Part shown: in pieces, positions 20,287 to 32,581 of the stretch
Numbering within the stretch: the first letter of the stretch is position 1
Layout: each line of letters starts with the position of its first letter
Source of the DNA: Planctomycetota bacterium
GTDB taxonomy: Bacteria > Planctomycetota > UBA8108 > UBA1146
Reading direction: 5' to 3'
Assembly: GCA_036125855.1 (NCBI GenBank)
Contig: JAYZTT010000016.1
Coordinates: 112,122-176,121 of the forward strand
Length of the DNA: 64,000 nt
Notes under the pieces: model-generated
What the model was told of the DNA's origin: nothing
Seen by the model: the letters and a program-made list of their open reading frames with translations, nothing else
The model's database searches: none
Made by a program: the position numbers and the translations under genes

Positions 20287-23125
<2,839 letters not shown>

Positions 23126-23129
<4 letters not shown>

Positions 23130-24271
23130 GCTTCCTGCATTTCGTTGATAACAAGGGGCATAACGATGTGTCTGTAGGAGTTTTCGTCATCTGGAATTGT
23201 GAAGAGCCCGGCGGTTTTCCCGTCACAGAAACAACACTGAACCTCTGTGGTGCCAACCACTTTTAATAACTCAATCAGATAGCCAGGGTTGAAGTGGATG
23301 ACGAAGTCATCATCCTCTCCTTCCTTCTTCTGGACAGGAAACTCGATGCGTGATTCCCCTATATTGCTCGCTGAGCTGGAGATGGTTGCCTGGTCCGAAC
23401 CGAAAACAAAACGTACAGAATTGGTTTCTTTTGTCGTCATGAGGGCTGCCTGGCGTAACGACACCAGTAGGTCTTCAGTTTTTATGACATAGACGCTTTC
23501 AAACTTTTGTGGGACTGCCCGCTCGTAATCGGGGAATTTCCCCTCAACGAGACGGCAAGTGAGTGACTCCTGGTCAGAGATATAAGTCACCTCGTTTTGA
23601 TCCAGGTGCAACACAACCGTTTCCCCGGCCTCGCTGGAGAGGATCTTCGAGAGTAGCTCAACCCCTTTCAGGGGAACCACAAACTGCCCCTCTGGTAGGC
23701 CGCCTTTGCCGGCAGCCGAGACGGCAAGAGAACTCATCGCCATCCTCTTCCCGTCGGTGCTCACAATCCGCAACTCTTCGCCCTGGCCATCAAAAAGAAC
23801 GCTGTGCATGTTGAAGCGAGTAGCATCTTTTGCCGCAGCAACGCTTACTCTTCTCAGGGTGTTCAGAAGTTCTTCTCTGGAAATCTGGATCGAGGCTCCC
23901 GGTGGAGAAAATTCGACTGTAGGGAATTCATCCAGTGGGCCGGTCGGTAATTTAAAATGCGCGGTCCCGGCGGAGATACATGCCTGCCCCGCTGCATCCA
24001 CTTCATAGGTAACTTCTTGTTCTTTAATCTCTCGCAAGATCGCTACCAGTCTTGCACAGGGAACCAGGCAGGCACCTTCCTGGTCGACCATCACCTCATC
24101 GACTTGAGTTTGAAGTCCCACTTCCAGATCGGTTCCAATAACCTGTAACCCATCGCGGGAAGCCTGTAGTTTTGCCGACTGGAGAACCGGACGGGTTGGA
24201 TTGCTGGGGACAACTCCTGCAACCAGGGAAACCGCTTCAAGAAGCTCGCGGGTGTGGCACTGAAATTTCAT
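23126..24271 (-). CDS. dnaN: DNA polymerase III beta sliding clamp
   Basis: MKFQCHTRELLEAVSLVAGVVPSNPTRPVLQSAKL...VIGTDLEV is a typical DnaN N-terminus, and the length fits three domains. Start at ATG 24271; the ORF is open to TTG 24292. Confidence 0.93.
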
Positions 24272-24292
24272 AAGACCTCTTTTGGTTTGCAA

Positions 24293-24925
24293 AGGTGCCC
24301 CCAGGAAGCTCTAGATGGCCTCTCACGCGGCACCTGGTTTCTGCTCGACGGGTTCTCTGGGTCCGTTCCCAAGAGAGGCTCCAAAAGTCGTCACACGGCC
24401 ACCCTGGAGCCTTGCAAATTTATTCCGGAACTACACTCTTTCCGACTCGCTGTTTCACCTTGAAATAAGCCCTTCAAAGCAACGCGATATTCTAGGTGAC
24501 ACAGGTACTGTGGGCAATCTGAAACGGGCCCAAAAACGGACTCATAAGCAGAAATAAACAAAGGGGTTACGAAGCTTTTTTCGAGCGGACTACCGATCCA
24601 AAAGGGGACCTCTGGAGAAGTAGATGAAAAGAGAATTAGATGAGAATTCTTAGTCTTTCATCATAGGCCCTGGGATAACCGTGGAAAACTTCAGAGTGCC
24701 CCTGTTTAACCCATGAAGCGAGAAGGACTTATAGATGGGAAATTTCAAGAAACGAGAGTGGAAAAAGGGACGGGTACCCGGGGGGTTTCGGTCGGAACGG
24801 GTTGGTTCTCCCCTGGCGGTGAAAAAAGAGCTCTTCAAGCCGTAATAATATCCGCCACGGAGAGACAGAGAATCACACAACCACCGACACCTTATCCACC
24901 ATGTATGAGCAAGCAGTGGCTCTCC
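24293..24925. other. Candidate oriC / DnaA-box-bearing AT-rich spacer upstream of dnaN
   Basis: About 630 bp non-coding. Locally AT-rich stretch around 24541-24665. DnaA-box-like 9-mers TTATCCACC (24892-24900), CGTGGAAAA (24680-24688) and AGTGGAAAA (24757-24765). TAGATGR occurs four times. Confidence 0.3.
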
Positions 24926-25867
24926 TCACAAGCCAGGCGGCGAGTTCTCTGGTAAGCCCTCATGCCACGTTTCATTCCTCACTGGTGCTACGAGCTGGGC
25001 GATCTGGTCGAGCAGCTCCGGGTCGATGGGGAGGTCCAGGACCGCGACGTTTTGTTGAACCTCCTGTGGGCTTTTCATGCCACAGAGGGTTGAGGCGATG
25101 TTGCTGTTGTCGAGAGCGAAACGAAGCGCCACCGAGCTGACAGAAGCGCCGTGTTGCTGGCAAAGCCGAGCGACCTCCTGGCCAATCCGGATGGTTTCTG
25201 TTGATGCTGGATGCCACGGTTGCGGACCGCTTGAGGAGAGGATTCCCATGTGGAGCGGGGAAGCGTTGATGATGCCAACCCCCTGTGCCTGCGCGGTGGG
25301 CACCAGTACTGTCTCCAGGTCGTCCACCATCAAATTGTAATGACAGTAAGAGAGCACGGTATCGACCGGAAATTCTGAAATCAAATCCCTCAACATCTGT
25401 ACCGGAAGCCCGGTAATCCCGACAAACCTTGCCTTGCCTGATTTTTTGATCTGTTCGATGGCGGGGAGGGTTTCCTCGAGAATCTGTTGTCGAGATCCAA
25501 ACTCAACATCGTGGACCTGAAACAGGTCAAGGTGGTCTGTCTGGAGCCTTTTGAGGCTGTCGTCGACGTCGCTCTGAACCCGGGCTGCGCTGAAGTCAAA
25601 GCCGCGGTGGCCGAAGCGACAGCACTTGGTGGCGAGGAACACCTCATCTCTGCGCCCCTTCAGCGCCTTCCCGAGGCGCTCTTCCGCGAGGGTCAGGCCA
25701 TAATAAGGGGCCACATCGACCAGGTTAATTCCAGCATCGATGGCCGCGTTGAGCGTGGCCACCCCTTCTTGTTCGGTGATGTTGCCGTACAGATCGCCGA
25801 GTGGTGCACAGCCAAAACCAAGCACGGATACCTCAACACCCGTGGTACCGAGAGGGCGTTTTTTCAT
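24926..25867 (-). CDS. Aldo/keto reductase
   Basis: MKKRPLGTTGVEVSVLGFGCAPLG, DVAPYYG and VFLATKC form an AKR-family signature. Confidence 0.9.
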   Translation of the reverse strand: MKKRPLGTTGVEVSVLGFGCAPLGDLYGNITEQEGVATLNAAIDAGINLVDVAPYYGLTLAEERLGKALKGRRDEVFLATKCCRFGHRGFDFSAARVQSDVDDSLKRLQTDHLDLFQVHDVEFGSRQQILEETLPAIEQIKKSGKARFVGITGLPVQMLRDLISEFPVDTVLSYCHYNLMVDDLETVLVPTAQAQGVGIINASPLHMGILSSSGPQPWHPASTETIRIGQEVARLCQQHGASVSSVALRFALDNSNIASTLCGMKSPQEVQQNVAVLDLPIDPELLDQIAQLVAPVRNETWHEGLPENSPPGL

Positions 25868-25965
25868 GGTGCTCCCGTCGTCGTTGGTGGGGCGCGCACA
25901 GCCAGGCCTGGCGGGCGTGTGGATATATCGTGGTGACCGAGAGAGCGATTGTCGAGAAAAAACAA

Positions 25966-27315
25966 TCAGCCTTGTCGCAGCTGTCCTTCCATCGCCTCGA
26001 CATTACCGCGCAGCTGGGCATCCTGCTCGACACACTGGCGGATTTTTTCGATGGAGTGGAGGACTGTTGAGTGATCTCGACCACCAAAGTACTGGCCAAT
26101 CTCTCCCAACGAGCAGCCGGTGAGGCGGCGTCCCAGATACATACAAACCTGACGCGGAAGAACAATCGAGCGCGTGCGCCGGGGAGAGTGCAGGTCTTCC
26201 GAGGAAACAGAAAATTCGAGAGAAACAAGCTCTTCGATCTTGCGAAGGTCGATTCTCGAAGACCCTCCACCGAGTAAATCATCCAGCGTCGTGTTTACTG
26301 TCGAGACCGTGATGGGGAGGTTTTCGTGGCGCGCCATGCTTTCAATTCGAAGCACCGCCCCCTCCAGTTCTCGGACGTTATCGTGAATTCTCCTGGCGAC
26401 CACCTCCACCACATCTGGCGGAAGGTCGATCGCCCTGTGGTGTGACTTGGCGTGGACGATGGCCATTCGGGTTTCAAGATCAGGAGGATCCATCTGGACC
26501 ACCAGGCCCAATCTGAAGCGAGAAACAAGCCTTTCGGAGAGTCCCTGGATTTCAGAAGGAGCGGCATCCGAGGTCAGGAAAATCTGGCTTTCCTGATTGT
26601 AGATTTCATTGAAGGTGTGAAAAAATTCTTCCTGGGTTCGCTCCTTGTCACACAGGAACTGGATGTCGTCGATCAGAAGGGCGCCAGCCTTCCGGTACTT
26701 GCTTCTGAATTCATCGATTTGTTTTGTTGAAAGAGCGGCGATGAATTCGTTGGTGAAGGAGGCGCAAGAAAGAGCGACCACGTTTTCTACACCGGAATTT
26801 TGAAGCCGGTGCCCGACCGCTTGAAGCAGGTGGGTTTTTCCAAGCCCCACAGACCCATGCAGAAAGAAGGGGTTGTAAGAACCCCCCGGGTTGTCTGCAA
26901 CAGCCATGGCGGCGGCGTGGGCCAGCTGGTTCGATGGGCCGGTGACAAACTCTTCAAAGGTCAGGCTTTTTTTCAGCGTCGCCTTGCGGCTGCTAACCGT
27001 CGGGATACGAACCTCGGGGCTGGGTGTTTCGATGGGGGCGGGCGGCGAGTTCGCTGTGTGCTTCACCTCAAAAACCAGGCTCGGGGCGGCATTCCCTTCT
27101 GTGAGTTCTTTGATGATCTTTTCGATGATGGCCTGGTACTGGTGCTGGAGATAGGTGGAGTGTAAAGACGAAGGGGATTTCAGCGCGAGGCTTTCTCCGT
27201 TATTGGCCAGCTCCACCTCTTCGAACCATGTCGACCATTGTTCTGATGGAACCCGGTCGCGCAATTCGCTCAAGACTCGCGCAGGGAGGGATTCATCAAA
27301 GGTCGATGAAATCAT
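25966..27315 (-). CDS. dnaA: Chromosomal replication initiator protein DnaA
   Basis: AAA+ Walker A GSVGLGKTHLLQAVGH, LLIDDIQFL, and the C-terminal DNA-binding helix GRDHSTVLHSIEKI. Start set to ATG 27315 because the longer ORF reads through the antisense of tRNA-Ser. Confidence 0.95.
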   Translation of the reverse strand: MISSTFDESLPARVLSELRDRVPSEQWSTWFEEVELANNGESLALKSPSSLHSTYLQHQYQAIIEKIIKELTEGNAAPSLVFEVKHTANSPPAPIETPSPEVRIPTVSSRKATLKKSLTFEEFVTGPSNQLAHAAAMAVADNPGGSYNPFFLHGSVGLGKTHLLQAVGHRLQNSGVENVVALSCASFTNEFIAALSTKQIDEFRSKYRKAGALLIDDIQFLCDKERTQEEFFHTFNEIYNQESQIFLTSDAAPSEIQGLSERLVSRFRLGLVVQMDPPDLETRMAIVHAKSHHRAIDLPPDVVEVVARRIHDNVRELEGAVLRIESMARHENLPITVSTVNTTLDDLLGGGSSRIDLRKIEELVSLEFSVSSEDLHSPRRTRSIVLPRQVCMYLGRRLTGCSLGEIGQYFGGRDHSTVLHSIEKIRQCVEQDAQLRGNVEAMEGQLRQG

Positions 27316-27491
27316 GAAAGCCTTTCGGGATGGTAAGTAGCTGAGTGCCCGAGGTGATTCAGGAGGGTAACGAGACGAGTACCACATCCGCAAGGGGCTC
27401 TTACTTACCTTGTCGGGCTTGCCGAGTCGTGGAGTGGCGGCTAGCATTGTCGATCCTTCCGGGAGACTGGACCACACCTGAAAAGGGTCAC

Positions 27492-27583
<92 letters not shown>

Positions 27584-27876
27584 TTTTTACAAGCAGCCAG
27601 CTTTCAGGCTTCTGTTTTTACAAGAACCCCACGGGTTCATTACCCGATGGCCCAGCATCTATAAGGGATTTTTCGTAGTTCTTGTTATTTGTGAACCCAT
27701 TCCGCTCGGGATCGAATAGCGACAATAAAACACTGTCCTTTCTGGCAGCAGTTCAAAGGCTGTAAGCCGGTTCGTTATCGCTTCGTGAACACGGAAGTTT
27801 ACGAGCCGCGGAAATTTTGATGTTGCGAGATGCGCGCCTGGACCATATCGGCCCACGAGGTCGGCTGGTGTCGCCT

Positions 27877-28350
27877 TTAAAGTTTCATACCGACGATCGT
27901 GCCCTCAAAAACGTGCTCGCCATCGACATATCCCTGCGCAGAGAATTTTGCCAGCCGGGTACGGAGAGCCACCATTTCGCCGATCATCAATAACTCGGAG
28001 CCTGGCCGAACAACGCCCCGAAAACGAACTTCCTCACAGGCGGCAAACCCGATGATTTCGTCGCTGTTGTAGGCTTGCCCGTAATAGAAGGAGCATAGTT
28101 GTCCGGCGGTTTCGATCATCAAAACGCCCGGTAGGATCGGTCGGTCGGGGAAATGGCCTCGCGACCAGAAGGCATCCTCTCGAACGACGTGAATCCCGGC
28201 AATGGTCGCGTTTTCCGGGTCGAAATGGACAATTCGATCAAGCATTTCCATCTCGAAGCGCTGGGAATTCCGGGCACGGATCTCCTCAGGCCCATAGAGG
28301 GTGTTTTCCAGGTCGATGGACCCGGGATCGATGATGAATTTTGACGACAT
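27877..28350 (-). CDS. FabZ/FabA-like 3-hydroxyacyl-ACP dehydratase (hotdog fold)
   Basis: GHFPDRPILPGVLMIETAGQL matches the FabZ active-site His region. The N-terminus diverges from canonical LPHRYPF. Confidence 0.7.
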   Translation of the reverse strand: MSSKFIIDPGSIDLENTLYGPEEIRARNSQRFEMEMLDRIVHFDPENATIAGIHVVREDAFWSRGHFPDRPILPGVLMIETAGQLCSFYYGQAYNSDEIIGFAACEEVRFRGVVRPGSELLMIGEMVALRTRLAKFSAQGYVDGEHVFEGTIVGMKL

Positions 28351-28458
28351 CTGGTTCGCCTCCGACCGGCACGATACACGACCGAGGAGATCGCTGCGAG
28401 TTCTGGTCCAGAGCCGGGAGCGCTGTAATAATGAAGAGCGGAGAAAGGACCCTATTTC

Positions 28459-29748
28459 GTGTCGACCCTCAACATCTCATACGAACAACACGCGACAGGC
28501 GGCGACGAACCTCTTCCATACACGCTGGTACAGCTGGATGGTTTTATCGATGCTCCCAATTACCCTCGTTTTGAACAGGCTCTCGAGCGCCTGATAGACA
28601 GTGGTCGCCATCATCTGGTGCTCGACTGTCGCGCTGTCGAATACATCAATTCGACAGGAATCAGCGGCATCATCCGTTTTCACAACCAGTGCCAGCGAGC
28701 CGGTGGCGTGCTGCTGCTGGCACGAGTGGCGCGAAACGTGGGGATCACGATGCATCTTCTCGGGGTTACCTCGGTGGTTTCGGTTGCCAAGGATCTGGCC
28801 GAGGCGGAGCAGCTACTCATCGGCGGGCACGAGGTGGTTGCCCAGGTCGATGTGGCCAGCGGAGAGAAGAGGACCAGCTCGGGCAAGGAAATTCGCAGCG
28901 TGCCGGTGATGGCTGAGCCGCCCGGTCCGAGTGGGACCGTGGCGCTGTTGCTTCCGGCGACTGGCCACTTCTCGCAGATTTGCAAGAGAAGGGTCGAGGA
29001 GCGGGGTGGTCGGGTCTTCCTCTACCACAGCGTTGACACCCTGGTGGAGGGTATCGATGCCATCGCTCCCGATTTGATCGTGGTCGACAAGCGAGTGAGT
29101 GGCAGCGAAAAACTGGTCGAGACCATCAAGCTCAACTCGCGTCACACCCTGGCCTCGATGATTCTCATCCATCCGCGCGGGGCAGATGTTGGCGCCGTCG
29201 ATGGGTTCCGTGTCTGGGAGAACGACTCCCTGGTGGATCCGTTTGATCTGGGCAACCTGTTCATCCTGGCCGAAAGCGAAGTTCGTCGCGTCTCTCGCGA
29301 CCGCAAGATGTTCACCCAACAGGTGCGCTTCCAGTTTTCTTCGCAACAGGATGCCATCGATCAGGGGTTGAGCCTGGGTGGGGCACTCATCCAGAAATTG
29401 CCCATCACCGAGCAGGAACGAAACGCCCTCCATTCGGCGCTGAAGGAGGGGGTGGATAACGCGGTGCGTCACGGCAATAGCCACCGTCCCGATCGACGGG
29501 TGACGGTCAACTACGTGGTGGATCCACGTCGGGTCATGATGCTGGTCGAAGATGAGGGTGAAGGTTTTGACCATGAGTTTTTCCTCGGCAAGATCGAGGA
29601 GAAGGATGCTTTCGACCGGGCCAAGGAAAGGATGCGAGAGGGAGGACGCGGCGGCCTCGGCATCCTGTTGATGCATCGCTGTTCCGACCGACTCGAGTAC
29701 CTCGGCAAGGGCAATGTGGTGCGGATCGAGAAGCGCCTGCACGCCTGA
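28459..29748 (+). CDS. Fusion protein: STAS (anti-sigma antagonist-like), receiver-like domain and RsbW/SpoIIAB-type HATPase serine kinase
   Basis: The N-terminal STAS pattern is LVLDCRAVEYINSTGISGII...LLGVTSVV. The central part has alpha/beta receiver-like periodicity (LIVVDKRV). The C-terminus carries an N-box EGVDNAVRHGN, a G1 box VEDEGEGFD and a G2 box GGRGGLGILLM. Confidence 0.7.
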   Translation: MSTLNISYEQHATGGDEPLPYTLVQLDGFIDAPNYPRFEQALERLIDSGRHHLVLDCRAVEYINSTGISGIIRFHNQCQRAGGVLLLARVARNVGITMHLLGVTSVVSVAKDLAEAEQLLIGGHEVVAQVDVASGEKRTSSGKEIRSVPVMAEPPGPSGTVALLLPATGHFSQICKRRVEERGGRVFLYHSVDTLVEGIDAIAPDLIVVDKRVSGSEKLVETIKLNSRHTLASMILIHPRGADVGAVDGFRVWENDSLVDPFDLGNLFILAESEVRRVSRDRKMFTQQVRFQFSSQQDAIDQGLSLGGALIQKLPITEQERNALHSALKEGVDNAVRHGNSHRPDRRVTVNYVVDPRRVMMLVEDEGEGFDHEFFLGKIEEKDAFDRAKERMREGGRGGLGILLMHRCSDRLEYLGKGNVVRIEKRLHA

Positions 29749-29866
29749 CCATCAGCTGAAACGTCTGGAGTGGTGAATCGTCTACCCGGCGGGCAGGCGG
29801 TGGCTTGCCCGTGGCTTCCTCGCGGCGAGAACGATACCCTGAACTCCGGCCTTCTGCCGGAGAGGG

Positions 29867-30757
29867 GTGTCGATGTTCCCTGCCACATTGCCGAGGCATC
29901 AGTTGTTGTTGATCGCCGTGCTGTACTGCTGTCCCATCTTGATGGCCCAACCCTGTCCGGAAGTGCTCGATGAAAATCATGTAGGTCCCGGCACCATCAC
30001 CGTCCCCGGATTTGTTGCTGGTGAAGAGGGGGCTGCTTCCTTCGAGGCGCCCGCGGGTGACTACCCCATCGAAATCCTGCGCGTCGGTATCGGCTGGGGG
30101 TCTCAGTTTGGCGGCAGCCCGCAGGTTCTCGAGGAGGCGATCCGTATCTACGAGGGGACTCCGCCGGCGGTGACCCAGATCTTTCAGCTCGATGGCCCGC
30201 TCCTGACCGATGGTTTCATCAACGAGTTTGATCTCGAGCCACTTCCCGGCGAGATCATCATCGATTCCGGCCCCTTTACCGTCAGCTTGCTGCTGGCCAA
30301 CTCGTCCACCCTGCTCGGCCCGAGCATGGTGATCGATGGCGCCGGCTGCTTGCCGGGACAGAACTTTGTCAACGCGGCAGGGCAGGGCTGGACCGATCTG
30401 TGCAGTTTCGGTGCCAGCGGCAACTGGGTGCTGCATGCGGTTTACCGGTCGGTGAGCTGCGGTGGCGGCGGAACCGATCCGATCTTTCGCCGTGGCGATG
30501 CCAACTCCGATGGTCAGTTCAACATCGCCGACCCGGTTCGTCTGCTGAGCACACTGTTTGCGTCCGGTAGCGCGCTGGAGTGTGAAGATTCAGGCGATGC
30601 CAACGATGATGGAGGTCTCGATATCGCCGATGCGGTGGCGATGCTGAGTTCCATCTTCGGTGGCGGTGCGGCTCCACCCTCACCAGGACCGACACGATGT
30701 GGCCCAGACCCAACATCAGATGGCATCGAGTGCCTGATGGAGCCGTCCTGCGCCTGA
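29867..30757 (+). CDS. Secreted protein with C-terminal dockerin-like double EF-hand module and Cys-rich tail
   Basis: Signal peptide LLLIAVLYCCPILMAQP. The C-terminus reads RGDANSDGQFNIADPVRLLSTLF...GDANDDGGLDIADAVAMLSSIF followed by C..C..C. Confidence 0.6.
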   Translation: MSMFPATLPRHQLLLIAVLYCCPILMAQPCPEVLDENHVGPGTITVPGFVAGEEGAASFEAPAGDYPIEILRVGIGWGSQFGGSPQVLEEAIRIYEGTPPAVTQIFQLDGPLLTDGFINEFDLEPLPGEIIIDSGPFTVSLLLANSSTLLGPSMVIDGAGCLPGQNFVNAAGQGWTDLCSFGASGNWVLHAVYRSVSCGGGGTDPIFRRGDANSDGQFNIADPVRLLSTLFASGSALECEDSGDANDDGGLDIADAVAMLSSIFGGGAAPPSPGPTRCGPDPTSDGIECLMEPSCA

Positions 30758-30775
30758 TCGAAGGGCCCGGAGCTA

Positions 30776-30804
30776 TTGACAGGGCCGGGCCGGATGCGCA
30801 CAAT
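30776..30804 (+). promoter_or_regulatory. Putative sigma70-type promoter for tRNA-Gly
   Basis: TTGACA (30776-30781), a 17-nt spacer, then CACAAT (30799-30804), about 50 nt upstream of the tRNA 5' end. Confidence 0.3.
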
Positions 30805-30852
30805 CGGCCCTTGGTTCTCTGGTTTGCGGAGGCCGTCATGTGCCGAATCAGA

Positions 30853-30927
30853 GCGGGTGTAGCTCAGTGGTAGAGCGTCACGTTGCCAACGTGAATGTCG
30901 TGAGTTCAAATCTCATCACCCGCTCCA
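30853..30927 (+). tRNA. tRNA-Gly (anticodon GCC), encoded CCA
   Basis: Acceptor GCGGGTG/CACCCGC, D-arm TAGCTCAGTGGTAGAGC, anticodon stem-loop TCACG-TTGCCAA-CGTGA, T-loop GTTCAAATC. Confidence 0.93.
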
Positions 30928-31159
30928 TTTTTTCCCTCCTGCAGCAGAGCCGAGCATTTTCAGTCCCAACAATTGAGCAGTCGGGGCCTGGCGATGTCTG
31001 GCAAAGAAGATTCAACACCGCAGAATTCGCCGGAATTTCAGCAAAATACCCGCTTTTGGCAACTTCCGGGCTACAGCAAGCGTTGACACTTCTGTGGGGT
31101 GCAACCATCATTTCCGATCTGGAATCATGCCAGGCCCGAGAACGGGCAGAGAGGACCCC

Positions 31160-32545
31160 ATGAACGACACCGAGTCTGCCGACGTGAACACCGAAGAAGT
31201 CCCCGCCGATGCTGCCGCAGAAGCCGCGGAGGGCGCCGAAGAGGTGTCCGAGACCATCGCCGATGAGGCGGTGGTGACCGACGAAGGTCCGTGCCACAAA
31301 CGGCTCAAGATCAAAATTTCCTGGCAACGAATTGAGCAGGAACTCGATACCACCTATCAGCAGCTTCGCAACACGGTGCAGATCCCTGGCTTTCGCAAGG
31401 GCAAGGCGCCGGTTGCATTGCTCAAGAAGCGTTTTCGCGAGCAGGTCCAGTCCGATGTGGAAGAGGACCTGAAGGGGCGGGCCGTCGAGGAGCAGTTCGA
31501 GGCCGCCGAATGGAAACCGTTGATCGGTAGCATCCAGTTTGAGAATGAAGATTTTACTGTCGATAACCCGTTCACTTTCGAGGTCGTTTTTGATGTGCAG
31601 CCGACCTTTGACCTGCCCGAGTACAAGGGCCTTGAGATCGAGGCGGAGTCGGTAGAGGTGCCAGAAACCGATATCGAACGCGAAGTCGAGATGATTTGCG
31701 AACAGGCCTCGACCCTCGAGCCGATCGAGGTGGGAAAACAGGCCGAGGGCGACTACGCGGTGGTCGATCTGGCGCTGATGGTCGAAGAGGAGACCATCTT
31801 CGAGCGACCAGAAGTGGTGATGAAGATCGGTGAAAACAACATCGATTCGATGGAGATTCCCGAGCTCGGCGAAGCACTCGCCGGCGCAGCCCTGGATGAC
31901 GTGATCGAGAAGTCGGTCCAGGTTCCAGATGATTTTCCCGATGCGGATCATCGTGAGAAAGCCGGCACCCTGCGCTTGACGATGCGCGATGCCAAGAAAA
32001 AGGTCACTCCGGAACTCGACGAAGCTTTCCTCGAGCGGCTGGGTGTTGAATCAGAAGAGGATCTTCGCAACAAGGTTCGCGAAAACCTGGAAGGCCATCG
32101 CAAGGCCCAGGAAGATTCGCGCCAGGAGGAGCTGCTTTCCGAACAGGTGGGGGCGGCGGTAGAGATGGAGCTTCCCGAATCGCTGGTGAACCAGCGCCAG
32201 GAATCGCTGACACAGCGGAGCGTGATGGAGCTCACTCGCGACGGGAAATCGGAAGAGGAAGCTCGTGCCGAGGTGGAGAAAGAGGGGAAGGTTGCCGACC
32301 AGGCCCGCAAGGAGCTGGTGCAGATCTTTGTTCTCGATCGCCTGGCAGATGAAGAGAAGGTGTTTGTCACCGAGGACGAGGTGTTGCAGCGCCTGCAGGC
32401 GATCGCAACGACCTACCGCCAGCCGCTGGAGCAGGTGGTCGAACAGTATCGTAGCGGTGGAATGTTGCCGGAGTTGCGAAACGGCATGAGGCGCGAGAAA
32501 GTCAAACAGATGATCAGAAAAAAAGCCAAGGTCTCCGGCGCTTGA
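31160..32545 (+). CDS. tig: Trigger factor
   Basis: VQIPGFRKGKAPVALLKKRF (ribosome-binding signature GFRxGxxP) and the position upstream of clpP-clpX. ATG 31160 is preceded by GAGAGGA. Confidence 0.9.
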   Translation: MNDTESADVNTEEVPADAAAEAAEGAEEVSETIADEAVVTDEGPCHKRLKIKISWQRIEQELDTTYQQLRNTVQIPGFRKGKAPVALLKKRFREQVQSDVEEDLKGRAVEEQFEAAEWKPLIGSIQFENEDFTVDNPFTFEVVFDVQPTFDLPEYKGLEIEAESVEVPETDIEREVEMICEQASTLEPIEVGKQAEGDYAVVDLALMVEEETIFERPEVVMKIGENNIDSMEIPELGEALAGAALDDVIEKSVQVPDDFPDADHREKAGTLRLTMRDAKKKVTPELDEAFLERLGVESEEDLRNKVRENLEGHRKAQEDSRQEELLSEQVGAAVEMELPESLVNQRQESLTQRSVMELTRDGKSEEEARAEVEKEGKVADQARKELVQIFVLDRLADEEKVFVTEDEVLQRLQAIATTYRQPLEQVVEQYRSGGMLPELRNGMRREKVKQMIRKKAKVSGA

Positions 32546-32581
32546 TGCCGATGGAGACCTCCTGAAACCCAGGGGGAAACG

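Noticed and set aside
28813-30436. Long minus-strand ORFs 28813..29742 (309 aa) and 29534..30436 (300 aa).
   Set aside because: They are antisense shadows of the STAS-kinase fusion and the dockerin-tailed secreted protein. Their translations are Arg/His/Gly/Pro-heavy with no motifs, whereas the plus-strand frames carry clear domain signatures.
30878-31951. Minus-strand ORF of 357 aa.
   Set aside because: It is antisense to trigger factor and also runs through tRNA-Gly. The repetitive Leu/Asp/His-rich translation is typical of a shadow ORF opposite an acidic protein.
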